From positions 1 through 20,708 of the forward strand of contig CAZVTX010000021.1 in assembly GCA_964629395.1 (NCBI GenBank): 20,708 nt of DNA, in the 5' to 3' direction. Positions 8,174 to 16,763 of the stretch are shown here, one piece after another. The notes below the pieces were generated by a model. The model saw only the letters and a list, made by a program, of their open reading frames with translations, had not been told where the DNA came from and did not search any database. The stretch is from an uncultured archaeon. GTDB lineage: Archaea > Asgardarchaeota > Lokiarchaeia > Sigyniarchaeales > SOKP01. A program made the translations under genes and the position numbers. Position 1 is the stretch's first letter. Each line of letters opens with the position of its first letter.

Positions 8174-8413
8174 TTAACGCCTAATTTTTCTGGCTTCTCG
8201 TTCTACTTCTCGAAGAACAATAATATCTCCCAATTTTACGGGACCTTTGATATTTCTTGTGAGAATTCGGTTTTTATCACTTCCTTCTAGAATTCTTACT
8301 TTAACTTGAGTTATCTCTCCAGTAAGACCTGTTCTTCCGATAATTTGGATTGTTTCTGCAGGTATAGATAAATCTTCTACAACTACACCTTTTGATTTAT
8401 CAAGTTTAACCAT
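8174..8413 (-). CDS. rps28e: 30S ribosomal protein eS28 (S28e)
   Basis: [21 protein letters not shown]...[30 protein letters not shown] matches the S28e pattern, and the gene lies downstream of L7Ae as in most archaea. Confidence 0.9.
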   Translation of the reverse strand: MVKLDKSKGVVVEDLSIPAETIQIIGRTGLTGEITQVKVRILEGSDKNRILTRNIKGPVKLGDIIVLREVEREARKIRR

Positions 8414-8431
8414 ATTTTAAACTCACTATAT

Positions 8432-8803
8432 TTATTTTTTAACAGCTTCAATTTTTTTTATAATTTCTTCTAAAATACCTTCATTTCCGGTTCCAATATT
8501 TTCTACTGCAATTGCCGATGTAGCAACATTAATTTTAACAGTTTTTCCTAAAGTAGATTTTTTTTGTATATAACCATAAGGGACTCCTTTTTCTTCGCAT
8601 AACAAGGGAATATGAAACAGTATCTCAGGAGGATTTACATCCTCTGCCATCACTACAAATTTGGCGTTTCCTCTCTCTATTGATTTAGTTACCTCGTTCA
8701 TACCCTTTCTGATCTTACTGTCTTTGGCATCAGCAATTTTTTCAATTACATTAATTATTTCTTTCTTCAATTCATCCGGTAAATTAAATTTTATATATGA
8801 CAT
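8432..8803 (-). CDS. rpl7ae: 50S ribosomal protein L7Ae (eL8; K-turn binding)
   Basis: KGMNEVTKSIERGNAKFVVMAEDVNPPEILFHIPLLCEEKGVPYGYIQKKSTLGK is a canonical L7Ae sequence. Confidence 0.95.
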   Translation of the reverse strand: MSYIKFNLPDELKKEIINVIEKIADAKDSKIRKGMNEVTKSIERGNAKFVVMAEDVNPPEILFHIPLLCEEKGVPYGYIQKKSTLGKTVKINVATSAIAVENIGTGNEGILEEIIKKIEAVKK

Positions 8804-8952
8804 TTTATCTCATTCAAATATATTTTATATATTTTCATAAATCATCGATCAATCGATATAATTCTTAATTATCAATAGAAAATAAAATTTTTGATTTTTA
8901 TTTTACCGGTAAAATGTAAAAATTTTTTTAGAATCTAACGTTTATTTAAATT

Positions 8953-9153
8953 ATGATAATACCTATCCGCTGCTTTTCTTGTGGAAAATTAATTGCTCAT
9001 ATTTATCAACCTTATTTAGATCTAATTGAAAAGGGAATATCTGCAGAAGAAGCCTTTGAAAAACTTGGTATTAAGAGATTTTGCTGTAAAAGAATGATCG
9101 TATCTCATGTTGATCTTATTGATGATCTTTTAAAATTCCCCAGATTACAATAA
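8953..9153 (+). CDS. rpoN: DNA-directed RNA polymerase subunit Rpo10 (N)
   Basis: MIIPIRCFSCGKLIA...LGIKRFCCKRMIVSHVDLID shows the Rpb10/RpoN zinc motif CxxC...CC. Confidence 0.9.
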   Translation: MIIPIRCFSCGKLIAHIYQPYLDLIEKGISAEEAFEKLGIKRFCCKRMIVSHVDLIDDLLKFPRLQ

Positions 9154-9252
9154 ATTTTTAGTAATTTAATTAAAAAGATTACCAAATAAGGAAAATTTCA
9201 ATTTTAATTTGATAAAAGGAATCAAAAACTTAACTAAAAAAGATTTAAATTT

Positions 9253-9435
9253 TTAATGTTGACCATAATAAGCGGTCCATCTGGTTTTTCGGGGATTCTT
9301 TTTATATATTAACATAGCTTTTTTACATTTATTGGTACAAAAATTCAAGATTGTTCCATCTCTTTTAATATACATAAAACCTCTGCCAATAGGGATATCA
9401 TAGCCACAGAAAGAGCATTTTTTAACTTTTACCAT
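9253..9435 (-). CDS. rpl24e: 50S ribosomal protein eL24 (L24e)
   Basis: KKCSFCGYDIPIGRGFMYIKRDGTILNFCTNKCKK...NPRKTRWT matches the L24e pattern. Confidence 0.9.
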   Translation of the reverse strand: MVKVKKCSFCGYDIPIGRGFMYIKRDGTILNFCTNKCKKAMLIYKKNPRKTRWTAYYGQH

Positions 9436-9443
9436 TAATTACT

Positions 9444-9449
9444 TCACCT
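9444..9449 (-). promoter_or_regulatory. Shine-Dalgarno AGGTGA for rpl24e
   Basis: The minus-strand mRNA reads UAGGUGAAGUAAUUAAUG. AGGUGA overlaps the rps6e stop codon and lies 8 nt upstream of the rpl24e AUG. Confidence 0.55.
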
Positions 9450-9861
9450 ACTCTTTATCTTCCTCCTTTTTTGAAAATAATTCCGCCTCCCCATATTTAA
9501 CAACCACTAAATTAATCTGTACCATATCAGAAGTTATCTCATTACCTCGAACAGTTTTTCTCCGTTTTTCACCCTTTCTTTTTGGTCTATATCCAACACT
9601 TCTTTTTGAAACTAATATCTTTTTTTTTACGGGTCCATGAACATCTTTCCTCATTGGAAATCCGCTTGAATCACTGCCTCCGGTAATTTTAAATTCATAA
9701 TTAGAAAAACCAATTAAGCCTCCATTAATAATATCTCCGATTTTTTTACCTTCAAAAAATCGAAATTTTTTCTCATCAATTTCGACTGGTTTTGTGAGAC
9801 CCTTTCCGGGACCTTCTTTTCCTCCGGATATGTTTAATTTATATGTACGTTTTTCTGACAT
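9448..9861 (-). CDS. rps6e: 30S ribosomal protein eS6 (S6e)
   Basis: KLNISGG...FEGKKIGDIINGGLIGFSNYEFKITGGSDSSGFPMRKDVHG...RKTVRGNEI matches the S6e pattern. Confidence 0.9.
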   Translation of the reverse strand: MSEKRTYKLNISGGKEGPGKGLTKPVEIDEKKFRFFEGKKIGDIINGGLIGFSNYEFKITGGSDSSGFPMRKDVHGPVKKKILVSKRSVGYRPKRKGEKRRKTVRGNEITSDMVQINLVVVKYGEAELFSKKEEDKE

Positions 9862-10012
9862 CTTGATTCTCTATTGTTTTTGAAGAGAAAGTTAATAGAT
9901 AAAATATATAATTTCATAAATATTTTTTGAAATTTGAATTTTAGCAAAATAAAAAAATAGTGAATTTATTTTATAATATTAATATAAAAAGAAATACCAA
10001 TATTAAAAATAT

Positions 10013-10837
10013 ATGCAAGTTTTCGAAGTTATTGCCTTAGACGAATCCCCCTATATGGAAGCTTTAGAAGTTATTGAGGGAAATTTTGTTAAGGATATTA
10101 TTTCAGAAGATAAGGTTTTTATTCTTATTGATCATGACTCTAAAAGAATTTGGACATATAACGGAAAAAAGAGTTCCCTTAAACTTCAAATATATGGCGG
10201 AATTATAGCGAGACTCTTTAGAAAACAATTGAGATTATTCTATAGAATTTTTTTTCTTAATGAATATGATAAAAATTCTGATATTTTTAAAGAAGTAATG
10301 GAAAAACCTCTTAGTGGTGGACGTGCTAAGGCAATAAAGAAGGATGATATTCCCTTACCAAGTAATCCGGAAGTAGATGATAGAGAATTATGCGTTCATG
10401 AAGGATTAAATATTAATAGAGCAATAAAAATTATTGGTGAATTACCTAAAATAGAAGGATTTCATCGGAGATTTATGATAATAGGTGCAAATATATATAC
10501 AGACGAAGAATTAGTGGAAAAATTTATTCAAGAGGAAAAAAAAGTTATAAATCAGGTAAAATTGGGTCAACTTAATAGAGGCTTCACATTTTTTGGAGAC
10601 GCTAATTATTCAACCAGATTAATTATTAAAGAGGGAAAGGTACAAGGGCTTGAATTATATGTGTCAGACAAGGAGGAATCTGCTTCTAAAGTCCTTGATT
10701 TAAAGATTCCGATTTTTTATGAGGAAAGATTTCGTAAAAAAGGAAGTATTGAGACATTAATCAAAGCATTCCAAATTCCCGATGAGCTTCCGGATATTAA
10801 AAATGGCGGGGAAGCTCCAATAAATGGTCAAGATTAA
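10013..10837 (+). CDS. Hypothetical protein; N-terminal ~105 aa with a gelsolin/ADF-H-like pattern plus an unknown C-terminal domain
   Basis: 274-aa ORF. FVKDIISEDKVFILIDHDSKRIWTYNGKKSSLKLQIYGGIIARLFRKQL...IFFLNEYDKNSDIFKEVM parallels the gelsolin-repeat pattern (F..gD.yiL......iy.W.G..s...e...a...a..l......re.eg.Es..F...F). The remainder has no motif I recognise. Confidence 0.4.
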   Translation: MQVFEVIALDESPYMEALEVIEGNFVKDIISEDKVFILIDHDSKRIWTYNGKKSSLKLQIYGGIIARLFRKQLRLFYRIFFLNEYDKNSDIFKEVMEKPLSGGRAKAIKKDDIPLPSNPEVDDRELCVHEGLNINRAIKIIGELPKIEGFHRRFMIIGANIYTDEELVEKFIQEEKKVINQVKLGQLNRGFTFFGDANYSTRLIIKEGKVQGLELYVSDKEESASKVLDLKIPIFYEERFRKKGSIETLIKAFQIPDELPDIKNGGEAPINGQD

Positions 10838-11012
10838 TAAAAATCTATTTCATTTTTCTTAATTTCATAAAATATTATTAGATTTAGGAATATATTAATA
10901 ACTCATTGTAAACTTGTATTAAATAGGATTGAATGTATTATCTATAAAATACTTAAATTAATAAATAATAAAAGAAATAAATTTTCCATTAAAAACACTA
11001 TGATGATGCTTT

Positions 11013-12284
11013 ATGGTTGATTATTTTGTCGGAGAGGCATTAGTTGGAGAAGCTCCAGATTTAGCACATTTAGATTTAATGATTGGTTCTAAGGATGGCC
11101 CGATAGGAATTGCTTTCGCTAATGCGATTAGCTCCCCAAGTATAGGACATGGCGGACTTTTAGCCTGTATACGCCCTAATTTGGTACCTAAACCTTATAC
11201 GTTAATAATTCCAAAAGTAACCGTAGGAAATATGGAAGATGCTAATAAAATTTTTGGTCCCGCTCAAGCTGCCATAGCCAAAGGTGTTGCCGATGCTGTT
11301 GAGGAAGGAATTATTCCATTAGAAAAGCTTGATCAATGGTTAATAATTGTAAGCGTTTTTATTCATCCCGAAGCTAATGATTATAGAAAGATTTATCAGT
11401 ATAATTATGGCGCGGTAAAATTGGCTTTAAAACGAGCATTAAAAGGTTATCCTCCAATTGAGAAAATCTTCTATGATAAAGATAGAGCAAAACATCCTGT
11501 TGCAGGATTACGTGTCCCAAGGCTATGGAGACCTCCCTATATTCAAGTTGCATTAGATCATCCTGATTTATCACATCATCTAAGAGTAGTTAAAGAATTA
11601 CCTAAAAGTGATAGAATCATTTTAGAAATTGGAACACCATTCTTAAAAAAATATGGTGTTGAGGCTATACAGAAAATCAGAGAGATTGCTAAAGATAAAT
11701 TTATAGTTGCAGATTTAAAAACTTTAGATGTAGGAAAACTTGAAGTAGATTTTGCATTTGATGCCACTGCTGATGCTGTTGTTTGCTCTGGCTTGGCATC
11801 TCCCTCTTCAATTGATAAATTTATCCTTGAAGCACAGCGTTTAGGAATCTATGCTTTTGTAGATACTATGGAATTAGAGGATCCGATTGAGAAGCTGAAA
11901 AAATTAAAACAAACCCCTGATGTAATAATTCTTCATCGTGCGATTGATGTGGAACTCGGTAATGCTAATAGTGATGAGGCACAAAAAAGAGCTTGGCAAA
12001 ATATTCCCCGAATAAAAGAATTTTATAAGGATAAAAAGCTGGCATCCGGAAGAGATCGTGTTTTAGTCGCTGTAGCTGGAGGAATTGATCATAGAACTGC
12101 GAAATATGCTATAGAAATGAATGCAGATATCTTAATAGTAGGAAGATTTATCACCTCGTCTAAGGATGTAAAGAATGCTATGCGATTATTAATAAATGAA
12201 TTACCCGGATTCTCCGATATTGATTTAAAGAGGATTCACACGGAAGATGATGATGATTCGGTAAAGAAACCTAAATGGGATTAA
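11013..12284 (+). CDS. fae-hps: Bifunctional formaldehyde-activating enzyme / 3-hexulose-6-phosphate synthase (Fae-Hps)
   Basis: The N-terminal Fae pattern is VGEALVGEAPDLAHLDLMIGSKDGPIGIAFANA. The C-terminal OMPDC-suprafamily HPS pattern is YIQVALDHPDL, ADLKTLD (D-x-K-x-x-D) and VAVAGGI. The fused architecture is known from methanogens and Archaeoglobus. Confidence 0.9.
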   Translation: MVDYFVGEALVGEAPDLAHLDLMIGSKDGPIGIAFANAISSPSIGHGGLLACIRPNLVPKPYTLIIPKVTVGNMEDANKIFGPAQAAIAKGVADAVEEGIIPLEKLDQWLIIVSVFIHPEANDYRKIYQYNYGAVKLALKRALKGYPPIEKIFYDKDRAKHPVAGLRVPRLWRPPYIQVALDHPDLSHHLRVVKELPKSDRIILEIGTPFLKKYGVEAIQKIREIAKDKFIVADLKTLDVGKLEVDFAFDATADAVVCSGLASPSSIDKFILEAQRLGIYAFVDTMELEDPIEKLKKLKQTPDVIILHRAIDVELGNANSDEAQKRAWQNIPRIKEFYKDKKLASGRDRVLVAVAGGIDHRTAKYAIEMNADILIVGRFITSSKDVKNAMRLLINELPGFSDIDLKRIHTEDDDDSVKKPKWD

Positions 12285-12349
12285 AACTTTTTAATTTGAT
12301 TTTTAAAGGAATATAATAAAAATAAAGAAAAAATATTTTTTTTACACTT

Positions 12350-14848
12350 CTATTTAATAGGTCTCGAATTCGCTTGAAATATTGGACCTATAAAGCTTGA
12401 ATATAATTTACTATACATAGGTTGATTGCTAACTATGGAAATCATTTCAGATTCTTTATCTGCTGCAGGACAAATGATTACTTCTTCTGCATCACGGGTT
12501 ACAGCATAAAATTCTCCCGCAGTAGAGAGTTGTCGGAATTGAATATTCCCTAATTGTTGCATTTTTTGAATTATATTACCGTATGTTTGCATATCAAAAT
12601 GACTTGTAAGCATAAAGCGGGCAGTTTTCTTTTGGAACGCAAATTCAGAAATGAATTGCAGAATTTCCGGAATTACGACAGGAGTAACGATTATAATCGA
12701 AGATTTTGTTCTCAAAATTGCATCTTTAATAGCATTAATAAGAGCTTCTCTCCCTACGGTATGCCATGTAGTAACTTCGGCAATTTCGGGAATTTGAGAA
12801 GAAGCTTTATGGATATCTGTGAGTTTTTCCTCATTTGTTTCCGCTAATTCCGTTGCATCATCAATTGAAGTCATAAATTGAAGAGTAAAATCGGCAATTG
12901 CATCTTTAACATTTTGAATTGTATCACGGGTAGTATTAGAAAGACTATTTTGCAATGTCGTAGCGTTTTCTTTATACTTATTCTTATGATCTTCAAGCAT
13001 ATCACTTATCATTTTATTTAGATCTGCCGATTCTTCATCCCAAAGTTTAATTTCTGCATCAATTTTATCGGAAGTTATCTTTTTAGAATTGTCAAAGTCA
13101 GATCTAATTTTATTAACACGATCATCAATAACTTTCTTCTGCTTTGAATTATAATTTTTAATATTAGTTATTTGTTTATCTATTTCTGAAGTAATCTCTC
13201 TCTTTCCATTTTCAAATTTCATATCCACGTCTTTAACCCAACGTTCATTCTTCCCTTTAATATCTGAGTCAAAACTCGTATAATGTCTTAATGAATCTTC
13301 TTTATGACGATTTATTGCATCATTATATTGTTTATGATGCTGGTTCTTTGAATTACTCAAAGAATCTTTTAATTTAATTGTGGTATCTGAGCAATCTTTA
13401 ATGCCTGACTGTAAGGTGTTATCAATTTCTCCTGATAAATCTGCCGCTAATGATTCTAACTCAGCTGATATTGTATCTTGAGCCCTTTTATCCAAATTTT
13501 CAGTTTCAGTTTTTATAACTTGATTTTCATTTGCAATTACAGTTGCAATATCATTTTTTAATTCATTAGTAGTATTTTTAGTATCATCAATGTATTCATT
13601 CCAATCGGATAAGAAATTCTCATCATATGTTCTCGAAATACTCGCTACGCCCTCTTCTATTCGAGTCCATCTACCTCGAAATTTAGATTTTTTCTTTTTA
13701 GTGAAAAACAATCCTATTTTTGTTAAATCTTCGGCAAAATCACTGAATCTATTAGCTTCCTCCAAATAAGTAGAAAGCATTGATCTTGCTTTATTTCTAT
13801 ATTCATTAACTTTTTCAATTAAAATCTTATGACGATTATCTAATTTCTCTCCTAATTTCGACTCTAATTCCTTTGTAGTTTTATTTATAAATTCTATATG
13901 TTCACCAAGCAATTTTGAGATTCTTTCTTTTAAATCTGTAATTACTTTATCCATTCTTTCAAGATATTTTTCGAGAATTTGTTCCATTTTTGGTTTAAGT
14001 TCATTTGCGATGCTTTTATGGCGTTCCACATGATCATCAAGCTGTTGTTTCATCTCTTTTTCGAGATTATCCAATCTTTTAGTAAAATCATCTAAGAGGT
14101 CTGAGATTAATCTTGTTAAATCATCTTTTGCCTTATCTATTGCCGATTCATTATCGCTAACAAATGACTGAGATATACTTTTTAAATCGGAGTTTAAAGC
14201 ATTAAAAATGTTATGAATATTTGATTCTTGAGTTTTAGAATCAGTTTCTTGATCTCCAGTAATTGTATCAAGTTCTTTTATTAACTCCTCAATGTCTTTT
14301 TTTAATTCACTAAAATCTTTTTCAATATTCTCATGCAATTCTTTTTCTAAAGTCTTTGAGGTTTCTGTGAATCTATTTTTAGCTTTTTCAATTCTTTCTT
14401 GTTTATCCTTATTTTTAGCGTCCGAGTCATCAAAAAAGGCTTTAATTTGTTCTGATACTGCAGTATCTATTTCATTTAATGCTTTGTCTTGAATTTGCTC
14501 CAATTTTTCAAAACGACTTGATTGATCCGCTAATACTGCATCTTTTATTTTTGCAATCTCATTACGGAAACCTTCAGATTCTTTTGTAAAAAGCTCGAAA
14601 TAAGGCTCTAACGGAATTACTCTTTCGACTAATCCCGGAATTATTTTTACAAACCCCTTTTCATCGAGCTTTTTAGTTATCTCTTCTACTTTTTCTAATG
14701 TAAGATCGGGATGGTCTTCTGAAAGTGTAATGTAAGCTTCGCTAATTGTAGCTCTTGGAACACGTAAATATACTAAATATATATTAATATCATCTTCAGT
14801 AAGACCATATCTGGTGAATATTTCCTTAGTAAATTCTTTTAGTGACAA
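12350..14848 (-). CDS. TrmB-like wHTH protein with a ~600-aa coiled-coil insertion and a TrmB-C-like C-terminal domain
   Basis: 832-aa ORF with a TTG start and GGTG 10 nt upstream. Residues 1-90 (IFTRYGLTEDDINIYLVYLRVPRATISEAY...KGFVKIIPGLVERVIPLEP) follow the TrmB-type wHTH pattern. Residues ~95-690 are charged and polar, with only two prolines (both at the margins) and heptad-like spacing. The last ~140 aa (WHTVGREALINAIKDAILRTKSSIIIVTP...FYAVTRDAEEVIICPA) resemble the TrmB C-terminal domain. Confidence 0.75.
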   Translation of the reverse strand: MSLKEFTKEIFTRYGLTEDDINIYLVYLRVPRATISEAYITLSEDHPDLTLEKVEEITKKLDEKGFVKIIPGLVERVIPLEPYFELFTKESEGFRNEIAKIKDAVLADQSSRFEKLEQIQDKALNEIDTAVSEQIKAFFDDSDAKNKDKQERIEKAKNRFTETSKTLEKELHENIEKDFSELKKDIEELIKELDTITGDQETDSKTQESNIHNIFNALNSDLKSISQSFVSDNESAIDKAKDDLTRLISDLLDDFTKRLDNLEKEMKQQLDDHVERHKSIANELKPKMEQILEKYLERMDKVITDLKERISKLLGEHIEFINKTTKELESKLGEKLDNRHKILIEKVNEYRNKARSMLSTYLEEANRFSDFAEDLTKIGLFFTKKKKSKFRGRWTRIEEGVASISRTYDENFLSDWNEYIDDTKNTTNELKNDIATVIANENQVIKTETENLDKRAQDTISAELESLAADLSGEIDNTLQSGIKDCSDTTIKLKDSLSNSKNQHHKQYNDAINRHKEDSLRHYTSFDSDIKGKNERWVKDVDMKFENGKREITSEIDKQITNIKNYNSKQKKVIDDRVNKIRSDFDNSKKITSDKIDAEIKLWDEESADLNKMISDMLEDHKNKYKENATTLQNSLSNTTRDTIQNVKDAIADFTLQFMTSIDDATELAETNEEKLTDIHKASSQIPEIAEVTTWHTVGREALINAIKDAILRTKSSIIIVTPVVIPEILQFISEFAFQKKTARFMLTSHFDMQTYGNIIQKMQQLGNIQFRQLSTAGEFYAVTRDAEEVIICPAADKESEMISIVSNQPMYSKLYSSFIGPIFQANSRPIK

Positions 14849-15007
14849 TTTATTTTTACACCGTTTATGTTGTCTGAAATTATAATAAGTTAAAGATAAA
14901 TTAATTTTAAAATTAACTTATATTTATTAATTTAGTTTAAGAATATATAATAATATTTACAAATTATTTTTTAATCAATTCTCTTATGATATTTAATTTA
15001 AAAAGAT

Positions 15008-16651
15008 TTAATCGGGACGATAATGTTTTAATATTTTCCCTTTTAAGGCACCAGTATGGTTATTTTTTTTGGCGGTAATTTCTCCGTTGATAATGACATA
15101 TTCTATTCCTTCTGGAAATTGACGCCCATTTTGATAATTTGCCTTATCAATAATCTTATTTTCATCGAAAATAACAAGATCTGCATAATAACCTTCTTTA
15201 ATTATACCGCGATCTTTCAATTTTAGGATTTTTGCGGGCAAACCCGTCATCTTATATACGGCTTCTTCTAAAGTAAATAATCTTTTATTTCTTACATAAT
15301 CTCCTAAGATTTTAGGGAATGTACCATATGATCGGGGATGCGTATTTGCATCTTTTACCAAAAAACCATCTGAGCCAATGCAAACGTAATCTTCTTTTAT
15401 TAACTTTAAAATACTTTTTTTCTCTGACATTTGTTTCATAGAAATCATTATAGAGCCTTCTTCATCTCTCATAAAATCTAATAATGCGTCAACAAATTTT
15501 TTTTTAGAATATAATTTATTTAATGCTTCCCCTAAGAATAGTCCCTCTACTTGATGATTATAGGCAACGCTAATAATTCTCACGCTCTTTTTGGCAGCAT
15601 AAAAAATTAAATGCTTTAAAAGGGATTTAGGAATGATCCTAATATACCAGGGTAAGTCGGAAAGAAAGTTTTCAAAAAAAAGGTCTAAGGTTTCTTCAAT
15701 AATTCTTTTTCTTGTTTTGGGATTTGTGAGGTTTTCATTAAAATTTTCATAGACCCAAGGTCGCAGAAGTGCTCCGGTTAGGGATGTACTGGATTCTTCA
15801 TAAGGATACATATCTGCATATATTTCAAGTCCCGCTTCTCTTACTTTTCTGATGTTTTCTATCATTAAATCTGTTAATTTCCATGCAAAAGCACTTCCTG
15901 CCTTCCAATGTGAGATTTGACCTTGAACACCAGCTTCTCTACAAATTTCTATTAGCTCGTTCATTCCTTCGCTTACGACACCAGTACCTTCATTTCTCAT
16001 ATGTGATGCATATATTCCATCATATTTTCTTATAATTTTGCATAATTCTATAATTTCTTCTGTTGAGGTAACTGATCCTGGAGGATATATTAATCCTGTA
16101 GATAAGCCAAAAGCTCCCATTTCCATATTTTCTTTAACGATTTCATTCATCTGCTTTATTTCTTGATCATTTGCTTTCCGTGTTTCTAAGCCCATAATCA
16201 TACCTCTAACATTTCCATGAGGCAAGAAAAAGGCAAGATTAGGTGAAATTCCCTTCTTCAAAATAGCATCAAATAAATCTTGAAAATTATTATAGAGATG
16301 AATTCCTTTCATTCCAAATGCATTGGAAACAAAATTTTGATAATAATCTTTAATTAAATCATTTGAGGGAGCTAAACTTAAGCCGCACACGCCGACTACT
16401 AAAGTAGTGCAGCCTTGCATTATTGACGATTCCGCCTTTGGAACCTCAAGAATCATTAAATCTCCATGGTGATGCATATCAATAAATCCTGGTGATACTA
16501 TCTTTCCATTTGCATTTATTATATGATCTGCATTTTGCTCAATATTCTGTGCGATTTTATGAATTTTTTCGTCCTTAATTAATATATCTGCTTTAAAACG
16601 AGAAGAACTGGTTCCATCAATAATGATTCCATCTTTAATCAATAGATTCAT
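15008..16651 (-). CDS. N-acyl-D-amino-acid deacylase (D-aminoacylase), amidohydrolase superfamily
   Basis: IKDGIIIDGT...ADILIKDEKI...NANGKIVSPGFIDMHHHGD (metal-binding HxH), TTLVVGVCGLSLAP (the conserved Cys-containing D-aminoacylase segment), a GSDG segment, and C-terminal GIIKEGYYADLVIFD. Confidence 0.85.
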   Translation of the reverse strand: MNLLIKDGIIIDGTSSSRFKADILIKDEKIHKIAQNIEQNADHIINANGKIVSPGFIDMHHHGDLMILEVPKAESSIMQGCTTLVVGVCGLSLAPSNDLIKDYYQNFVSNAFGMKGIHLYNNFQDLFDAILKKGISPNLAFFLPHGNVRGMIMGLETRKANDQEIKQMNEIVKENMEMGAFGLSTGLIYPPGSVTSTEEIIELCKIIRKYDGIYASHMRNEGTGVVSEGMNELIEICREAGVQGQISHWKAGSAFAWKLTDLMIENIRKVREAGLEIYADMYPYEESSTSLTGALLRPWVYENFNENLTNPKTRKRIIEETLDLFFENFLSDLPWYIRIIPKSLLKHLIFYAAKKSVRIISVAYNHQVEGLFLGEALNKLYSKKKFVDALLDFMRDEEGSIMISMKQMSEKKSILKLIKEDYVCIGSDGFLVKDANTHPRSYGTFPKILGDYVRNKRLFTLEEAVYKMTGLPAKILKLKDRGIIKEGYYADLVIFDENKIIDKANYQNGRQFPEGIEYVIINGEITAKKNNHTGALKGKILKHYRPD

Positions 16652-16763
16652 AATGCCTTTAATTTTTTGATAAATTTAAGAATTTCCGAGAGAAATTACT
16701 CATAATTTTTAATTATATTGAATTATTTTTTCTCTTAATTTTAATTAAATTGATAAGAATATA

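Noticed and set aside
10998-11006. Box-C-like ATGATGATG just upstream of the fae-hps start, considered as a possible C/D box sRNA
   Set aside because: No box D (CTGA) or C'/D' elements occur at appropriate spacing, and the candidate would run into the CDS. It is more simply upstream sequence containing out-of-frame ATGs and in-frame TGA stops.
11374-11767. Two minus-strand ORFs (66 aa and 63 aa) inside fae-hps
   Set aside because: They are antisense to a strongly supported bifunctional enzyme gene and have no motifs.
12554-14492. Plus-strand ORFs 12554-12847 (97 aa) and 14292-14492 (66 aa) inside the 832-aa coiled-coil gene
   Set aside because: They are antisense to the long ORF. Their S/F/L/C-rich low-complexity translations are typical of the reverse complement of K/E/D-rich coding sequence.
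16690-16720. Small hairpin AATTTC-CGAGA-GAAATT in the D-aminoacylase/GPH divergent promoter
   Set aside because: The stem is only 6 bp and A/T-rich, which is indistinguishable from chance in this composition.
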